NCBI GenBank assembly: GCA_965202805.1
Contig: OZ241869.1
Span: 3,296,001 to 3,360,000, forward strand
Origin: Longimicrobiales bacterium
GTDB taxonomy: Bacteria; Gemmatimonadota; Gemmatimonadetes; Longimicrobiales; Gaopeijiaceae
Length of the DNA stretch: 64,000 bases
Direction of reading: 5' to 3'
Shown here: positions 10,251-19,515 of the stretch, piece by piece
Position numbering within the stretch: position 1 is the stretch's first letter
Layout: each line of letters begins with the position of its first letter
Position numbers and translations under genes: made by a program
Notes under the pieces: generated by a model
What the model saw: only the letters and a program-made list of their open reading frames with translations
What the model was told of the DNA's origin: nothing
Databases searched by the model: none

Positions 10251-11071
10251 TCTGGCGTCTCTCCCTGGATGGTTACGCGGTATCCCGACCGGGTGGCGGG
10301 CCAGTAGTCCCAGATCGCGTGGTGCTGCGTGCAGCGGTTGTCCCACATCGCCACCGAATTGCGCCGCCAGCGGAACCGGCACTGGAAGTGCGGGCGGCTG
10401 ACGTGCTCGAACAGGAAGTCGAGAAGGGCCCGGCTTTCGCCGGCGGGAATGCCGGTGATGTACTGGGTGAACAGCTTGTTGACGAAGAGCGCCTTGCGGC
10501 CCGTGACCGGATGGGTGCGAATCACCGGATGCTCCGCGCGCGGGTAGGTGCGGCCTCCGTCGTCGCGGTCGAGCAGCCGGTTCACACGCTGGTAGTACGG
10601 CGCGCCGTCGTGCACCGCCCGCAGCCCGTCGAGCAGCGCCCGCATCCGCTCGGAGAGGGCCTCGTACGCGGCGTACATGCAGGCGAACAGGGTGTCCCCG
10701 CCGGTATCCGGGACGGTGTGCATGCGCACAATGGAGCCCATGGGCGGCAGCGGATCGCACGACACGTCCGAATGCCACTCCTCTCCGGTCGCGCGCACCG
10801 AGTTCTCGTCCGCGTGGATCGGCATGACCTCGGGATGACCGTCCACCCCCGGGTCGTTGGGGTGCGCGACCAGCTTGCCGAAGCGCTGGCCGAGCAGCTT
10901 CTGGCTCTCGATGGAGATGTCCTGGTCGCGGAAGAAGAGGGCCCCGTGGGCCATGAGGCCGCCGTACAGGACGGCGAACGCGGAATCGGAGAGGTTGCCG
11001 AGGTCGATCCCGTCGACGCTGGCGCCGATTACGGGGGTCACCGGCGTGATGGTGATGGCGTTTCGACTCAT
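10247..11071 (-). CDS. tauD: TauD/TfdA family Fe(II)/2-oxoglutarate dioxygenase (taurine dioxygenase-like)
   Basis: LFFRDQ, WHSDVS (HxD), GGDTLF, HPVIRTHPVTGRKALFVN, WDNRCTQH. Start may be 11071 or 11110. Confidence 0.85.
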   Translation of the reverse strand: MSRNAITITPVTPVIGASVDGIDLGNLSDSAFAVLYGGLMAHGALFFRDQDISIESQKLLGQRFGKLVAHPNDPGVDGHPEVMPIHADENSVRATGEEWHSDVSCDPLPPMGSIVRMHTVPDTGGDTLFACMYAAYEALSERMRALLDGLRAVHDGAPYYQRVNRLLDRDDGGRTYPRAEHPVIRTHPVTGRKALFVNKLFTQYITGIPAGESRALLDFLFEHVSRPHFQCRFRWRRNSVAMWDNRCTQHHAIWDYWPATRSGYRVTIQGETPE

Positions 11072-11308
11072 GGCGGAATCCGGTGTCGACGGCGGAATCA
11101 TCCGGGGCAAACGTGGTTTGTCCCGCTCATCGGGTGGTGTTACGGTCTCCGAAGTATGCCGGAATCAGGATCAGGTTCCGGCTCCGGCCCGCGCGCGGGA
11201 CCGGATACGCCGGGGTGCCGGACCAACTTTGGCACGAACGGCGGACAGGAGCAACCAACCGGGCCGGGAGCGGGCATGCTGCGAGACCAGAGGAACCGGA
11301 ATGGAGCC

Positions 11309-13240
11309 ATGTCCGCGAGGGGTCTGACGGTCGCGGCCGTCCTTCTCTTCCCGCTCGCCTGGGGGGCGTGCAGCGGCCCCGCCGTCGGGGACGCGAACGG
11401 CGGAAACTTCACCGACCGCACCCGCGAGGCGCCCCACGGCGGAGACGCCGCCCACCTCGCGTGGCTCGAGGCCAGCTACGGGAAGACCTCGCACATGGTG
11501 CCCATGCGGGACGGCGTCGAGCTCTTCACCATCGTCTACAGGCCGCGCGAGATCAGCGGGCCGCTCCCGGTCATGCTCTTCCGCACGCCATACTCGGTCG
11601 GGCCCTACGAGCCCGGCGCGTACCGCAACCCCCTGGGCCCGTCCGCCGAGTTCGACCGCGCCGGCTACATCTTCGTCTTCCAGGACGTGCGCGGACAGTT
11701 CATGTCCGAGGGCGACTTCGAGGTGATCCGGCCGCTGGCGCCCACGCCGAAGGGGCCGGCGACCGCCGACGAGAGCACCGACAACTACGACACCATCGAG
11801 TGGATCCTCGCCAACGTGGAGGGCCACAACGGCAGGGTCGGGCAGTGGGGCATCTCCTACCCGGGATGGCAGACCGTGATGGGCATGGTCGACGCGCACC
11901 CGGCGCTCGCGGCGTCCTCCCCGCAGGCCTCTCCCGCGGACATGTTCATCGGCGACGACTGGCACCACAACGGCGCCTTCCGGATCATGTACGCCTTCTC
12001 CTGGCTCGCCGGAAACGCGCGCCGCCGCGACGGACCGACCGATGCCCGGGGGCAGGCCTTCGACTACGGAACCGACTCCGGCTACGACTTCTTCCTCGAG
12101 GCGGGCGCGGCGTCCAACATCGACGACCTCTACTTCCATGAAGAAGTCCCGGCCTGGAACGACTTCATGGAGCACGACACCTACGACGACTACTGGCAGA
12201 ACCAGAACGCGCTCGCGCACCTCGGCGGCATCGGCCACCCCATCCTGAACGTCGCGGGATGGTTCGACACCGAGGACTTCTACGGCCCGATGTCGATCTA
12301 CCGGACCATCGAGGCCGAGAATCCCGGCACAGAGAACACGCTGGCCGCAGGGCCCTGGCTGCACGGCGGATGGCGGCGCATGCTGGGCGACCACCTGGGG
12401 TGCATCGAGTTCGATGATCAGACGTCGATCACCTTCCAGCGCGAGGTGCAGTTCCCCTTCTTCGAGCACCACCTGCGCGGGACGGAGGGCTGGACCCCGC
12501 ACGAGGCCGTCGTCTTCGAGACCGGGACGAATGTCTGGCGCCGGCACGAGAGCTGGCCGCCCGCCGGGGTCGAGCCTGTGGCGCTGTATCTGCGGGAAGA
12601 CGGGATGCTCGCGTTCGAGGCGCCCTCGCAGCCCGGCGGTGCCGACAGTTACGTCAGCGACCCGGACGAACCGGTGCCGTTCTCCGCGGAGGAGCGGACC
12701 ACGCTCGGCCATCTGTGGAAGGTGGAGGACCAGCGCTTCGCGTCGGCGCGCCCGGACGTGCTGGTCTACCAGTCCGAGCCGCTCGATGAGGACATGACCA
12801 TCGCCGGGCCCATCCTCGCGGACATCTTCGTGTCCACCACGGGCACCGACTCCGACTGGATCGTGAAGGTGATCGACGTTCACCCGGACGACGCGCCGGA
12901 TTCACCCTTCTGCGACGTGCCCATGGGCGGCTACCAGATGCATCTGGCGGGCGAGATCATGCGCGGCCGCTTCCGCGAGAGCTTCGAGGACCCGGCGGCG
13001 ATGGTCCCCGGCGAGGTGACCCCCATCCACATCGACCTGCGAGACCGCTACCACACCTTCCGGGCCGGCCACCGCATCATGGTGCACGTGCAGAGCTCGT
13101 GGTTCCCCGCCTACGACCGCAACCCGCAGCAGTTCGTCGACACCTACCGGGCCACCCCGGACCAGTACATCACGGCCGAGCAGACGGTGTACCGCTCACG
13201 GGAATACCCGTCGCGGGTGACGCTGGGGGTGGTGCGGTGA
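11309..13240 (+). CDS. CocE/NonD family hydrolase (alpha-amino acid ester hydrolase / X-Pro dipeptidyl peptidase-like)
   Basis: PMRDGVEL, RTPY, QDVRG..SEG, GISYPG nucleophile, GPWLHG, and a C-terminal PepX domain (HTFRAGHRIMVHVQSSWFP); signal/lipobox AWGAC. Confidence 0.9.
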   Translation: MSARGLTVAAVLLFPLAWGACSGPAVGDANGGNFTDRTREAPHGGDAAHLAWLEASYGKTSHMVPMRDGVELFTIVYRPREISGPLPVMLFRTPYSVGPYEPGAYRNPLGPSAEFDRAGYIFVFQDVRGQFMSEGDFEVIRPLAPTPKGPATADESTDNYDTIEWILANVEGHNGRVGQWGISYPGWQTVMGMVDAHPALAASSPQASPADMFIGDDWHHNGAFRIMYAFSWLAGNARRRDGPTDARGQAFDYGTDSGYDFFLEAGAASNIDDLYFHEEVPAWNDFMEHDTYDDYWQNQNALAHLGGIGHPILNVAGWFDTEDFYGPMSIYRTIEAENPGTENTLAAGPWLHGGWRRMLGDHLGCIEFDDQTSITFQREVQFPFFEHHLRGTEGWTPHEAVVFETGTNVWRRHESWPPAGVEPVALYLREDGMLAFEAPSQPGGADSYVSDPDEPVPFSAEERTTLGHLWKVEDQRFASARPDVLVYQSEPLDEDMTIAGPILADIFVSTTGTDSDWIVKVIDVHPDDAPDSPFCDVPMGGYQMHLAGEIMRGRFRESFEDPAAMVPGEVTPIHIDLRDRYHTFRAGHRIMVHVQSSWFPAYDRNPQQFVDTYRATPDQYITAEQTVYRSREYPSRVTLGVVR

Positions 13241-13941
13241 CAAGACCCGCCCCGCTGATTCTCGCTGCGATGTGCGCCGTCCTGCTGGCGCCGATGCCGT
13301 CGTTCGCCCAGTCCGCGCTGTCCTTGCGCGTGGCGCCCGAGGCGGGCCGGTTGTCCGTCGAGCACATCAAGAAGGTGACCATTGGCGGTGGATCCAGCTC
13401 GAGCGCGTCATCCGCTTCGGGACCGAGGCTGGGCGCCAACCTGACCGCCGGCATCCGTCGGGGATTGCCCGGGAACTGGCTGCTGGGGGCCGACTTCGAG
13501 GGCACGATCTTCGTCCGCCGTGCGATCGAGGGCACGATCCAGCCGACTCCAGCCGGCAACGTCCACGACGTCTGGCCGGGCAGCTGGGACTACCGCGACC
13601 GGTACGGCATCGGCCTCAGCCTCGTGGCCGGCCGCCGGTTCGGAGGCGGAGGCTCGCGCGGCTACGTCTTCGGCGGACCACGCCGGACGTGGAGCGAGTT
13701 CGCCACCGGAGGGGTCAATCCCGCAAACGGCGAAGCCGGCGAAGACCGCGACAGGTTCGCGACGATACCCTGGACCGTGGGCATCGGCGCCACCCTCGAC
13801 GGGGCGTGGCCCGTCGACATCCGGGTTCGCTACTCGCGGTCCTACCTCGACTGGATCATCGAGCAGGGCTCGCTGAGGCTCGACTACAGGTACAACGTCA
13901 GCGGGGTGTCGGTCTCGGTGGGGGTGGGGTTGGCCGGTTGA
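13237..13941 (+). CDS. Putative small outer-membrane beta-barrel protein
   Basis: GTG overlaps the upstream stop; signal peptide (..PSFAQ) followed by alternating Gly/aromatic amphipathic strands. Confidence 0.6.
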   Translation: MTRPAPLILAAMCAVLLAPMPSFAQSALSLRVAPEAGRLSVEHIKKVTIGGGSSSSASSASGPRLGANLTAGIRRGLPGNWLLGADFEGTIFVRRAIEGTIQPTPAGNVHDVWPGSWDYRDRYGIGLSLVAGRRFGGGGSRGYVFGGPRRTWSEFATGGVNPANGEAGEDRDRFATIPWTVGIGATLDGAWPVDIRVRYSRSYLDWIIEQGSLRLDYRYNVSGVSVSVGVGLAG

Positions 13942-13947
13942 GGCCGC

Positions 13948-15723
13948 TTATTCGGGTTCCGCAGCGGGACTCGCACTCTCCGCCACGGCCGCAATGGCGT
14001 CCAGCTTTTCCATTATCTCCGGGTCGATCTCGTCATCCGGTAGGTACTGCACGAGCTGATGGTAGTTCTTCTTGGCCATCAGGTTCGGCAAGTCCAGCTT
14101 TCGGAAGTACTCTGCGAAGAGGGGGGCCAGGAAGTCATCGCTGGCCTTCACATCGCCGTCCCACGGAGATCCCTTGCCGAGTTTTGTCATCGCTGACTCG
14201 ATTTCGGTAATCGAATCGCGCATGGCTTGCACGCGTTGGTCTCTTTCCGCCGTTGTAGAGCCGGACCCAGGTGCGTCTCCGGGTGCCGGGGCCGCTGCGT
14301 ACGCTTCGAGTGTGGCTCGCGAGCAGACGTAGTTCTCGAGTTCCCTGCGTTGCCACATCAGGAGCTTCGCCGGGGATATGTCTCGGGGGTCCCTGCCGAG
14401 GCGGTCGAACAGAGCGACTCCGCGCACGCCGGGGATTGCCTCGCGCAAACCGTGGTAGTGCCGCTGAACCGCCGTGACTTGGTTCGCGACATAACGAACG
14501 GCCGGTCGCTCAAGCGCTTCCTGCGCCGACTCGTGCTCCAGCCGCCTGGCGAAAGCCTGCAGCATCGACAGATCGGTCGAACCCTCAAGATAGAGTACCC
14601 ATCCTTGCTGCTCGGCTTGGAAATAGTCGTCAAACGGGATCTCCTTCAACGCCTTCAGGACCTGGCTGCCACGCTTCACGGAATGCGGTCTGCCGACAAA
14701 CGCGACGACCACGTCCTGACGCGCGGCTTCGTCCAGCAGCACCTCGGAGTGACTCGCGGCGATGACTTGGCTGCCGGTCTCGTCCGCCACTGCGGTGAGC
14801 AAGCGGTAGGTTTGACGTTGGCGGAGGGTCTCGAGGTGCGCGTCGGGCTCGTCCAGCAGGAGGACGGCACCGGGATTCGCGTACATGTAAGCCAGGAGGA
14901 GCATGGTTTGTTGGAGACCCCGCCCCGACGCCGACAGGTCGAATTGCGTTTCCCGCTCCCGGTAGGTCATCGCGATTTCGCCCCGCTCCCTGATGTACTG
15001 CGGCGTGCCGAGTTGAACCCGGAACAGTTTGTGAATGCGCTTGACGATCTCCTCCCACTGCGAGCGCTGATTCTCATGCACGCGGAAGCAGAGATTGCGG
15101 AGTACTTCGGCGGTCCGTCCCTCTCCGATGCGGACGTTGACGGCACCTCGGTCGAGCCGGGTTTCTGTGGCCGCCAGCCCCGACATCGGGGGAAGAAAGG
15201 CGACTCGTACGCTGGCCGCTTCCTCGGGGACAGGCATCCGCTCTGAGTTTCCCTCCTCAGCCAGTCGTGGTCGACAATAGACGGACTCCTCGTTCGCGTG
15301 CTCGAACTCCAGCCCACAGGTCCAGCGCCGGCCATGGGTGACACCCTCTACCGTGAGGTCGATGTAGACGCGACGGAACTCGGACGTAATCCCAACCAGG
15401 TGAGAACGATAGGTCCTCAGTTCGCGCCACAAGAGGCGGGCCTGCGGGACCGGAATGGCAACGAGATCGCGCCGATTGATCGTCGCACGCCAGGAGTCGT
15501 CCGGCCTCGCCAGCAGGCCTGCTCGTATCCCGCGAGGCGGCAGCAACTGGCGCCGGGACCGCTGTTCCCTCCAACGCCTGAGACCGATGTCCCATAACGC
15601 CAGTGCCTGCATGGCCGACGTCTTCCCGGAGTTGTTCGGGCCTATGAAGACGACGGGACTTCCCAACTCGATTTCAACTTCGTCGAACCGCTTGAAGTTG
15701 CGGATGGTAAGCTTGGTCAGCAT
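13948..15723 (-). CDS. OLD-family-like ABC/AAA ATPase fused to a TOPRIM domain (candidate defence nuclease)
   Basis: MLTKLTIRNFKRF start, Walker A GPNNSGKT, signature SASGRG, Walker B LLLDEPDAHL, H-loop ASHS, then TOPRIM-like YLEGSTD and RELENY. Confidence 0.8.
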   Translation of the reverse strand: MLTKLTIRNFKRFDEVEIELGSPVVFIGPNNSGKTSAMQALALWDIGLRRWREQRSRRQLLPPRGIRAGLLARPDDSWRATINRRDLVAIPVPQARLLWRELRTYRSHLVGITSEFRRVYIDLTVEGVTHGRRWTCGLEFEHANEESVYCRPRLAEEGNSERMPVPEEAASVRVAFLPPMSGLAATETRLDRGAVNVRIGEGRTAEVLRNLCFRVHENQRSQWEEIVKRIHKLFRVQLGTPQYIRERGEIAMTYRERETQFDLSASGRGLQQTMLLLAYMYANPGAVLLLDEPDAHLETLRQRQTYRLLTAVADETGSQVIAASHSEVLLDEAARQDVVVAFVGRPHSVKRGSQVLKALKEIPFDDYFQAEQQGWVLYLEGSTDLSMLQAFARRLEHESAQEALERPAVRYVANQVTAVQRHYHGLREAIPGVRGVALFDRLGRDPRDISPAKLLMWQRRELENYVCSRATLEAYAAAPAPGDAPGSGSTTAERDQRVQAMRDSITEIESAMTKLGKGSPWDGDVKASDDFLAPLFAEYFRKLDLPNLMAKKNYHQLVQYLPDDEIDPEIMEKLDAIAAVAESASPAAEPE

Positions 15724-15900
15724 CAACGAACCTCTTGCATCATGGCGTTGGTGACCTGTGTCCTTGTTGCAGCCCAACGAGCAGCGGCCCCGGACCACGG
15801 CCGGGATGAAGGCATCAGCGGTGCCAGCGACCCGGGACCGACCCGTCCATGATCGAACGGTGGACCGGCGCGCCCAAGAGGTCAAGGTGCCCGGTCTGGG

Positions 15901-15950
15901 GTCTGCCATTTTGGCAGACTTGTCCCTGCGGAGTCTGCCATTTTGGCGCC
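15901..15950. repeat. Twin palindrome copy 1 (GTCTGCCA-TTT-TGGCAGAC plus a degenerate second unit)
   Basis: Units start at 15903 and 15935 (32-bp spacing); the second has a broken right arm. Confidence 0.9.
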
Positions 15951-15973
15951 CCCCTACCCGTCGTGTGTTCCCC

Positions 15974-16073
15974 ATGGACCATCCGATTCGCCTGCGGGGG
16001 CGCGAGCCAGCACAACCTGGCGAACCTGGATCCCGACATCCCGAGGCGGACCTTCACGGTGATCACCGGGCCG
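15974..16073 (+). pseudogene. uvrA: Frameshifted duplicate of the first 33 codons of uvrA
   Basis: Matches 24787-24885 with 4 substitutions and 1 extra G by manual alignment; homology stops at ITGP in Walker A. Confidence 0.92.
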
Positions 16074-16118
16074 ATGTGATCGCGGCGGCTGAGTCGGACG
16101 GTGGGCTGGCAGTCGTCT

Positions 16119-16523
16119 TCAGGAACAGAGGTTGTCCATGAAGTCACGGGGGCGAATCACAATCACGTTGCGGTAGGGAGAGGTGGTCAGAAGAGCGCGG
16201 TCTCCGCTCACGACGTACCCGGCTCCCGCAGCCACCGCACAGGCGATAAACTTGTGGTCATCCCCGTCTGCACAAACCGGTTCGGAAAGCGGGGACGCCG
16301 AGACCAGGGTGGCGGAGGCGGCGACCAGTTGCAGCGCGGGTTCAAGGTCCGCGCCGGGAAAGCGCGTCGACAGTCGCTCGCCGACCCGAACGTACTCCTC
16401 GATGATCTCGCGGGACACCACGAACTCGATTCTCTCGTCGCGCCAGGCCGCAAGCACCTCGCCCGGAGGTCCACCGAAGAACACACCTGAGACGAAGACG
16501 TTGGTGTCGATTACGACCTTCAC
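16119..16523 (-). CDS. PIN-domain toxin (VapC-like)
   Basis: KVVIDTNVFVSG, EIIEEY, DGDDHKFIACA, VSGDRALL; overlaps the antitoxin stop (GTGA). Confidence 0.92.
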   Translation of the reverse strand: MKVVIDTNVFVSGVFFGGPPGEVLAAWRDERIEFVVSREIIEEYVRVGERLSTRFPGADLEPALQLVAASATLVSASPLSEPVCADGDDHKFIACAVAAGAGYVVSGDRALLTTSPYRNVIVIRPRDFMDNLCS

Positions 16524-16780
16524 GCCGACCGGACCGCGCGGATTGCCTCCCCGATGTCGGATCTGTGCATTCCAGCACGCCGCGCGCCCTTTCGCGCCCT
16601 CGCGACGATCTCATCGAAGTCCCGCATGGAGGGCGCCTCGATCACCTTGAGCACAACCGTACCGTCTTCGCCGAAGACCACGAACTCCGTGCCGGCATCG
16701 AGCCCAAGGCTCCGCCGAATCGGCTCGGGAATAACGACCTGCCCCTTTGATGACAGCCTGGTTGTCGCGAAGTTGTCCAT
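16520..16780 (-). CDS. AbrB/MazE/SpoVT-family antitoxin
   Basis: TRLSSKGQVVIPEPIRRSLGLDAG motif; directly upstream of the PIN gene. Confidence 0.92.
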   Translation of the reverse strand: MDNFATTRLSSKGQVVIPEPIRRSLGLDAGTEFVVFGEDGTVVLKVIEAPSMRDFDEIVARARKGARRAGMHRSDIGEAIRAVRSA

Positions 16781-16912
16781 GACATCGATCTTACCGGTAA
16801 GACGAGGCTCGCGTCAACCCCCTCCCGGGGACAGTCGGAGCCTTTCGCGGACCGCATCGCGTGTCATCTGCGCCGCGTGTCTCGGGCCTGCATGTCCACC
16901 GATCTCCAACCC

Positions 16913-16962
16913 TCTGCCATTTTGGCAGACATGCCCTGCGACCCTCTGCCATTTTGGCAGAG
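16913..16962. repeat. Twin palindrome copy 2
   Basis: CTGCCATTTTGGCAG at 16914 and 16946 (32-bp spacing). Confidence 0.92.
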
Positions 16963-17104
16963 TGCACAAGATCTGAATCATGGCAAGGAAACACATAAGT
17001 TGAAACAGGACTGCACGATCTGCGCTACTTGCCGATAGATTATGCCGGATTCGACCGAACTGAAATGGCGGGGGAACCGCATCAATTGGCGGGAATCGGG
17101 GGTC
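16963..17104 (+). repeat. Left arm of an imperfect ~140-bp inverted repeat
   Basis: Aligns to the reverse complement of 24563-24709. Shared blocks are AATCA, GCAAG, CATAAGTT, GGAC, TGCACGATCTGC, TACTTGCCG and TGGCGGGAATC..GGGTC. Confidence 0.8.
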
Positions 17105-17726
17105 ACCTCTCCGACGGGAAGGCGCCCTCCATCATGCGAACCCCGTCGATGTAGACCAGCGGGTGGCTGGACAGGATCATGCTGCCGTTGCCCCGCAGCC
17201 GGATCTGCTTGCCCTGGCCCGCCTCTGCGCTGCCGCCCGTGACCTCCACGCCGACGGCACTGCCCCGCAGAAAGTCCGACAGGGTCGGCGGGCGGTCCAG
17301 CACTTCATCGATCTCAAGCCGGGCCACGGTATTGCCGACCTCGCGCCCCCGCCGGCTCCCCGCCTCGCTCGTGACGACGATCTCGTCCATCGCGACCGGC
17401 TCCGGCGTCAGCGCGAAGTCCACGACCACGGCGCTGCCCGTCGGCACGCTCACCGTCCGCCGAAGCGGGCGGTACCCGATGAACTCGACCCGGAGGACAT
17501 GGTCGCCGGACGGCACCGCAAGGAGCATGAACCGTCCGTCGTCCCCGGAAAGGCCCGCTTCGGCCGCGCCTTCCAGGATCAGTGCGGCACCGGGGAGCGC
17601 CGCCTCGGACTGGACGTCGCTCACGCTACCCATGACGGTCCCGGTCTGGGCGGAGAGGCCCGGGACGAAGCTCACGGCCAGAAGCAGCGCCGAGGCCGTC
17701 GGAGCGCGAGAACGCTGGCCGTTCAT
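17103..17726 (-). pseudogene. Truncated SusC/RagA-like TonB-dependent receptor (carboxypeptidase-like N-domain plus partial plug, no barrel)
   Basis: GTVMGSVSD..ALPGA, FIGYR, MDEIVVT, IRLRG..S..PLVYIDGV, then a stop after 207 aa. Confidence 0.85.
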
Positions 17727-19303
17727 TCGCCCGCCCGCCCGGAATTGGCTTGGTTGCCGCGCTGCGTCGGCCACGGCGAGCCTGCATAACCACCGTTCGT
17801 CGACTCCGTCTCGACGATCCCGTGTATGGTGCCCCCGTCCCGATCAAAGAAGGAGGTGGCGATGATCGTGCCATCGATACCGATGGCGGGCGATGCGGAG
17901 ATGCGGCCACCCGGGTGGTAATCCCACAGGAGCTTGCCCTGGGCGTCGAGCGCCGTGACGGCACGGCCCGCGGCGATATAGACGTTGCCGTCCACCCCCA
18001 AGAGCGGCGTGGTCCTGGACCCGGACGTCCCTGAATCGAAGTGCCAGCGAATCGAGCCGCCAGGATTGATGGCGAACACGCCCTCGCCCAGGACATAGAT
18101 CGCGCCATCCGGACCGATGGAGGGCGGCGACTGGATACTTTGGAACGAAGCCCCCCCGCGCCTCACCACGACGCTCCATCGCTCGCTCCCCTCCGGGTCA
18201 ACCGCGTAGAGCCGACCGTCGTAGGAGGCGACGTAGATCGTGCCGTCCGCGCCGATCGATGGCGGTGCCCCGATCAGGTCCCCCGTCTTGAACGTCCACC
18301 GCGGCGAGCCATCGTGGTTGATCGCATGCAAGGCTTGATCGTTCCCGCCGACGTAGATCGTGCCGTCGCCCGCGATTGCCGGCGAGGAACGGCTGAAGGT
18401 TCTGCCGGGGGTTTCGTAGGTCCAATGGATCTCGCCTTGGGGATCGACCGCGTGGACGTGGCGGCCGCCGGCCACGTAGATGGTGCCGTCGGGCGCGAGA
18501 GCCGGAGACGACCAGATCGCATCGAGGCCGTCCAGTATCCACCGAATGGACCCGCCGGGATCCACGGCGATGAGGCTGCCGGCAGTGCCGCTGTCGGACC
18601 AGGAGCCGAGATACAGCGTCCCGTCGGCCCCGATGGCGGGCGTCGAAGAGCCGGTACGAGGTAGGATCAAGGTCCAGAGAACGCCGCCCTGTGGCGAGAG
18701 GGCGGACCAATGACTTCGTTGGCCAACGTTGTCATTCCACCCGACGTAGATCGTGCCGTCGGCTCCGATCGCGACGCCGGCCCTGATCGATCCTGTCCCT
18801 GCCCCTTCCGCAAAAGACCATTCGAGCGGAACGGACCAGTCGACGCGCGCCCGTTCCCGAACGGTGACCATGATGTCGCCCGACACCCCCTGACTGGTCG
18901 CAGTGATGGTCGCAGTGCCATCGCTCAAACCGGTTACAACACGGATGGCGCCACCGTGGCCCAGAATGGTGTCCCCGCTCACGCCCGCGATCTCGGGCGA
19001 GGAGGACGACCACGCAAAACGGCCGGGATCCCACGCCATGCTGTATAACTCGGTCCCGTCCGCCCTCAGTGCCGATGCCGATGCGTAGAACCGGGTGCCG
19101 AGGAAGCCGATGGTTCGTTCCGATGGCAGTACCCAGATCGACGCAACGACCGTGTCGGCGGCCGGAGGAGCGACAGTGTCCGGGGCTGAGGGAGCGGCCG
19201 GGGTGGCGCGGTCTCCGCCGCACCCGCCGATGGCCAGCGACAGAAACGCGCTCGCCGCAGGCAAGGCCCCCGCCCTGCGGGGCAGGATGACATCTACAAC
19301 CAT
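17723..19303 (-). CDS. Lipoprotein with Ig-like (Big_2) domain and 8-bladed PQQ-type beta-propeller, paralog A
   Basis: Lipobox IGGC; AWSSSSPEIA..VTGLSDGTATITAT Ig motif; eight repeats of W...SPAIGxDGTIYV..LxAVxPxG. Confidence 0.88.
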   Translation of the reverse strand: MVVDVILPRRAGALPAASAFLSLAIGGCGGDRATPAAPSAPDTVAPPAADTVVASIWVLPSERTIGFLGTRFYASASALRADGTELYSMAWDPGRFAWSSSSPEIAGVSGDTILGHGGAIRVVTGLSDGTATITATSQGVSGDIMVTVRERARVDWSVPLEWSFAEGAGTGSIRAGVAIGADGTIYVGWNDNVGQRSHWSALSPQGGVLWTLILPRTGSSTPAIGADGTLYLGSWSDSGTAGSLIAVDPGGSIRWILDGLDAIWSSPALAPDGTIYVAGGRHVHAVDPQGEIHWTYETPGRTFSRSSPAIAGDGTIYVGGNDQALHAINHDGSPRWTFKTGDLIGAPPSIGADGTIYVASYDGRLYAVDPEGSERWSVVVRRGGASFQSIQSPPSIGPDGAIYVLGEGVFAINPGGSIRWHFDSGTSGSRTTPLLGVDGNVYIAAGRAVTALDAQGKLLWDYHPGGRISASPAIGIDGTIIATSFFDRDGGTIHGIVETESTNGGYAGSPWPTQRGNQANSGRAGE

Positions 19304-19371
19304 TGGATCCTCCAGCTTCGGCAGCCGAGCTTCATCTTCCGTCCTCCTTGCTCAGAAAGCCCGCGAAGGTT

Positions 19372-19515
19372 GGAAGCCGATGGTTCGTTCGGATGGCGTT
19401 ATCCGGATCGACGCGACAACCGGGCGGACGCTGAGGGAGCGGCGTGGCCCGGGACGAAGCTCGCGGCCAGCAGCAGCGCCGAGGCCGCCGGGGCAGAGAA
19501 ACGCCGGCCGTTCAA
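19372..19515 (-). pseudogene. Chimeric relic: SusC signal-peptide start fused to a propeller-gene fragment
   Basis: Reads LNGRRFSAPAASALLLAASFVPG (like the 17726 start), then AAPSA..VVASIRITPSERTIGF (like the propeller N-terminus). Confidence 0.8.

Noticed and set aside
15724..15975. 84-aa N-terminal extension of the ATPase ORF (and similar extensions on hisC, hisIE and the CocE gene)
   Set aside because: It reads through the palindromic repeat (KSAKMAD) or neighbouring genes. Family-typical starts lie downstream.
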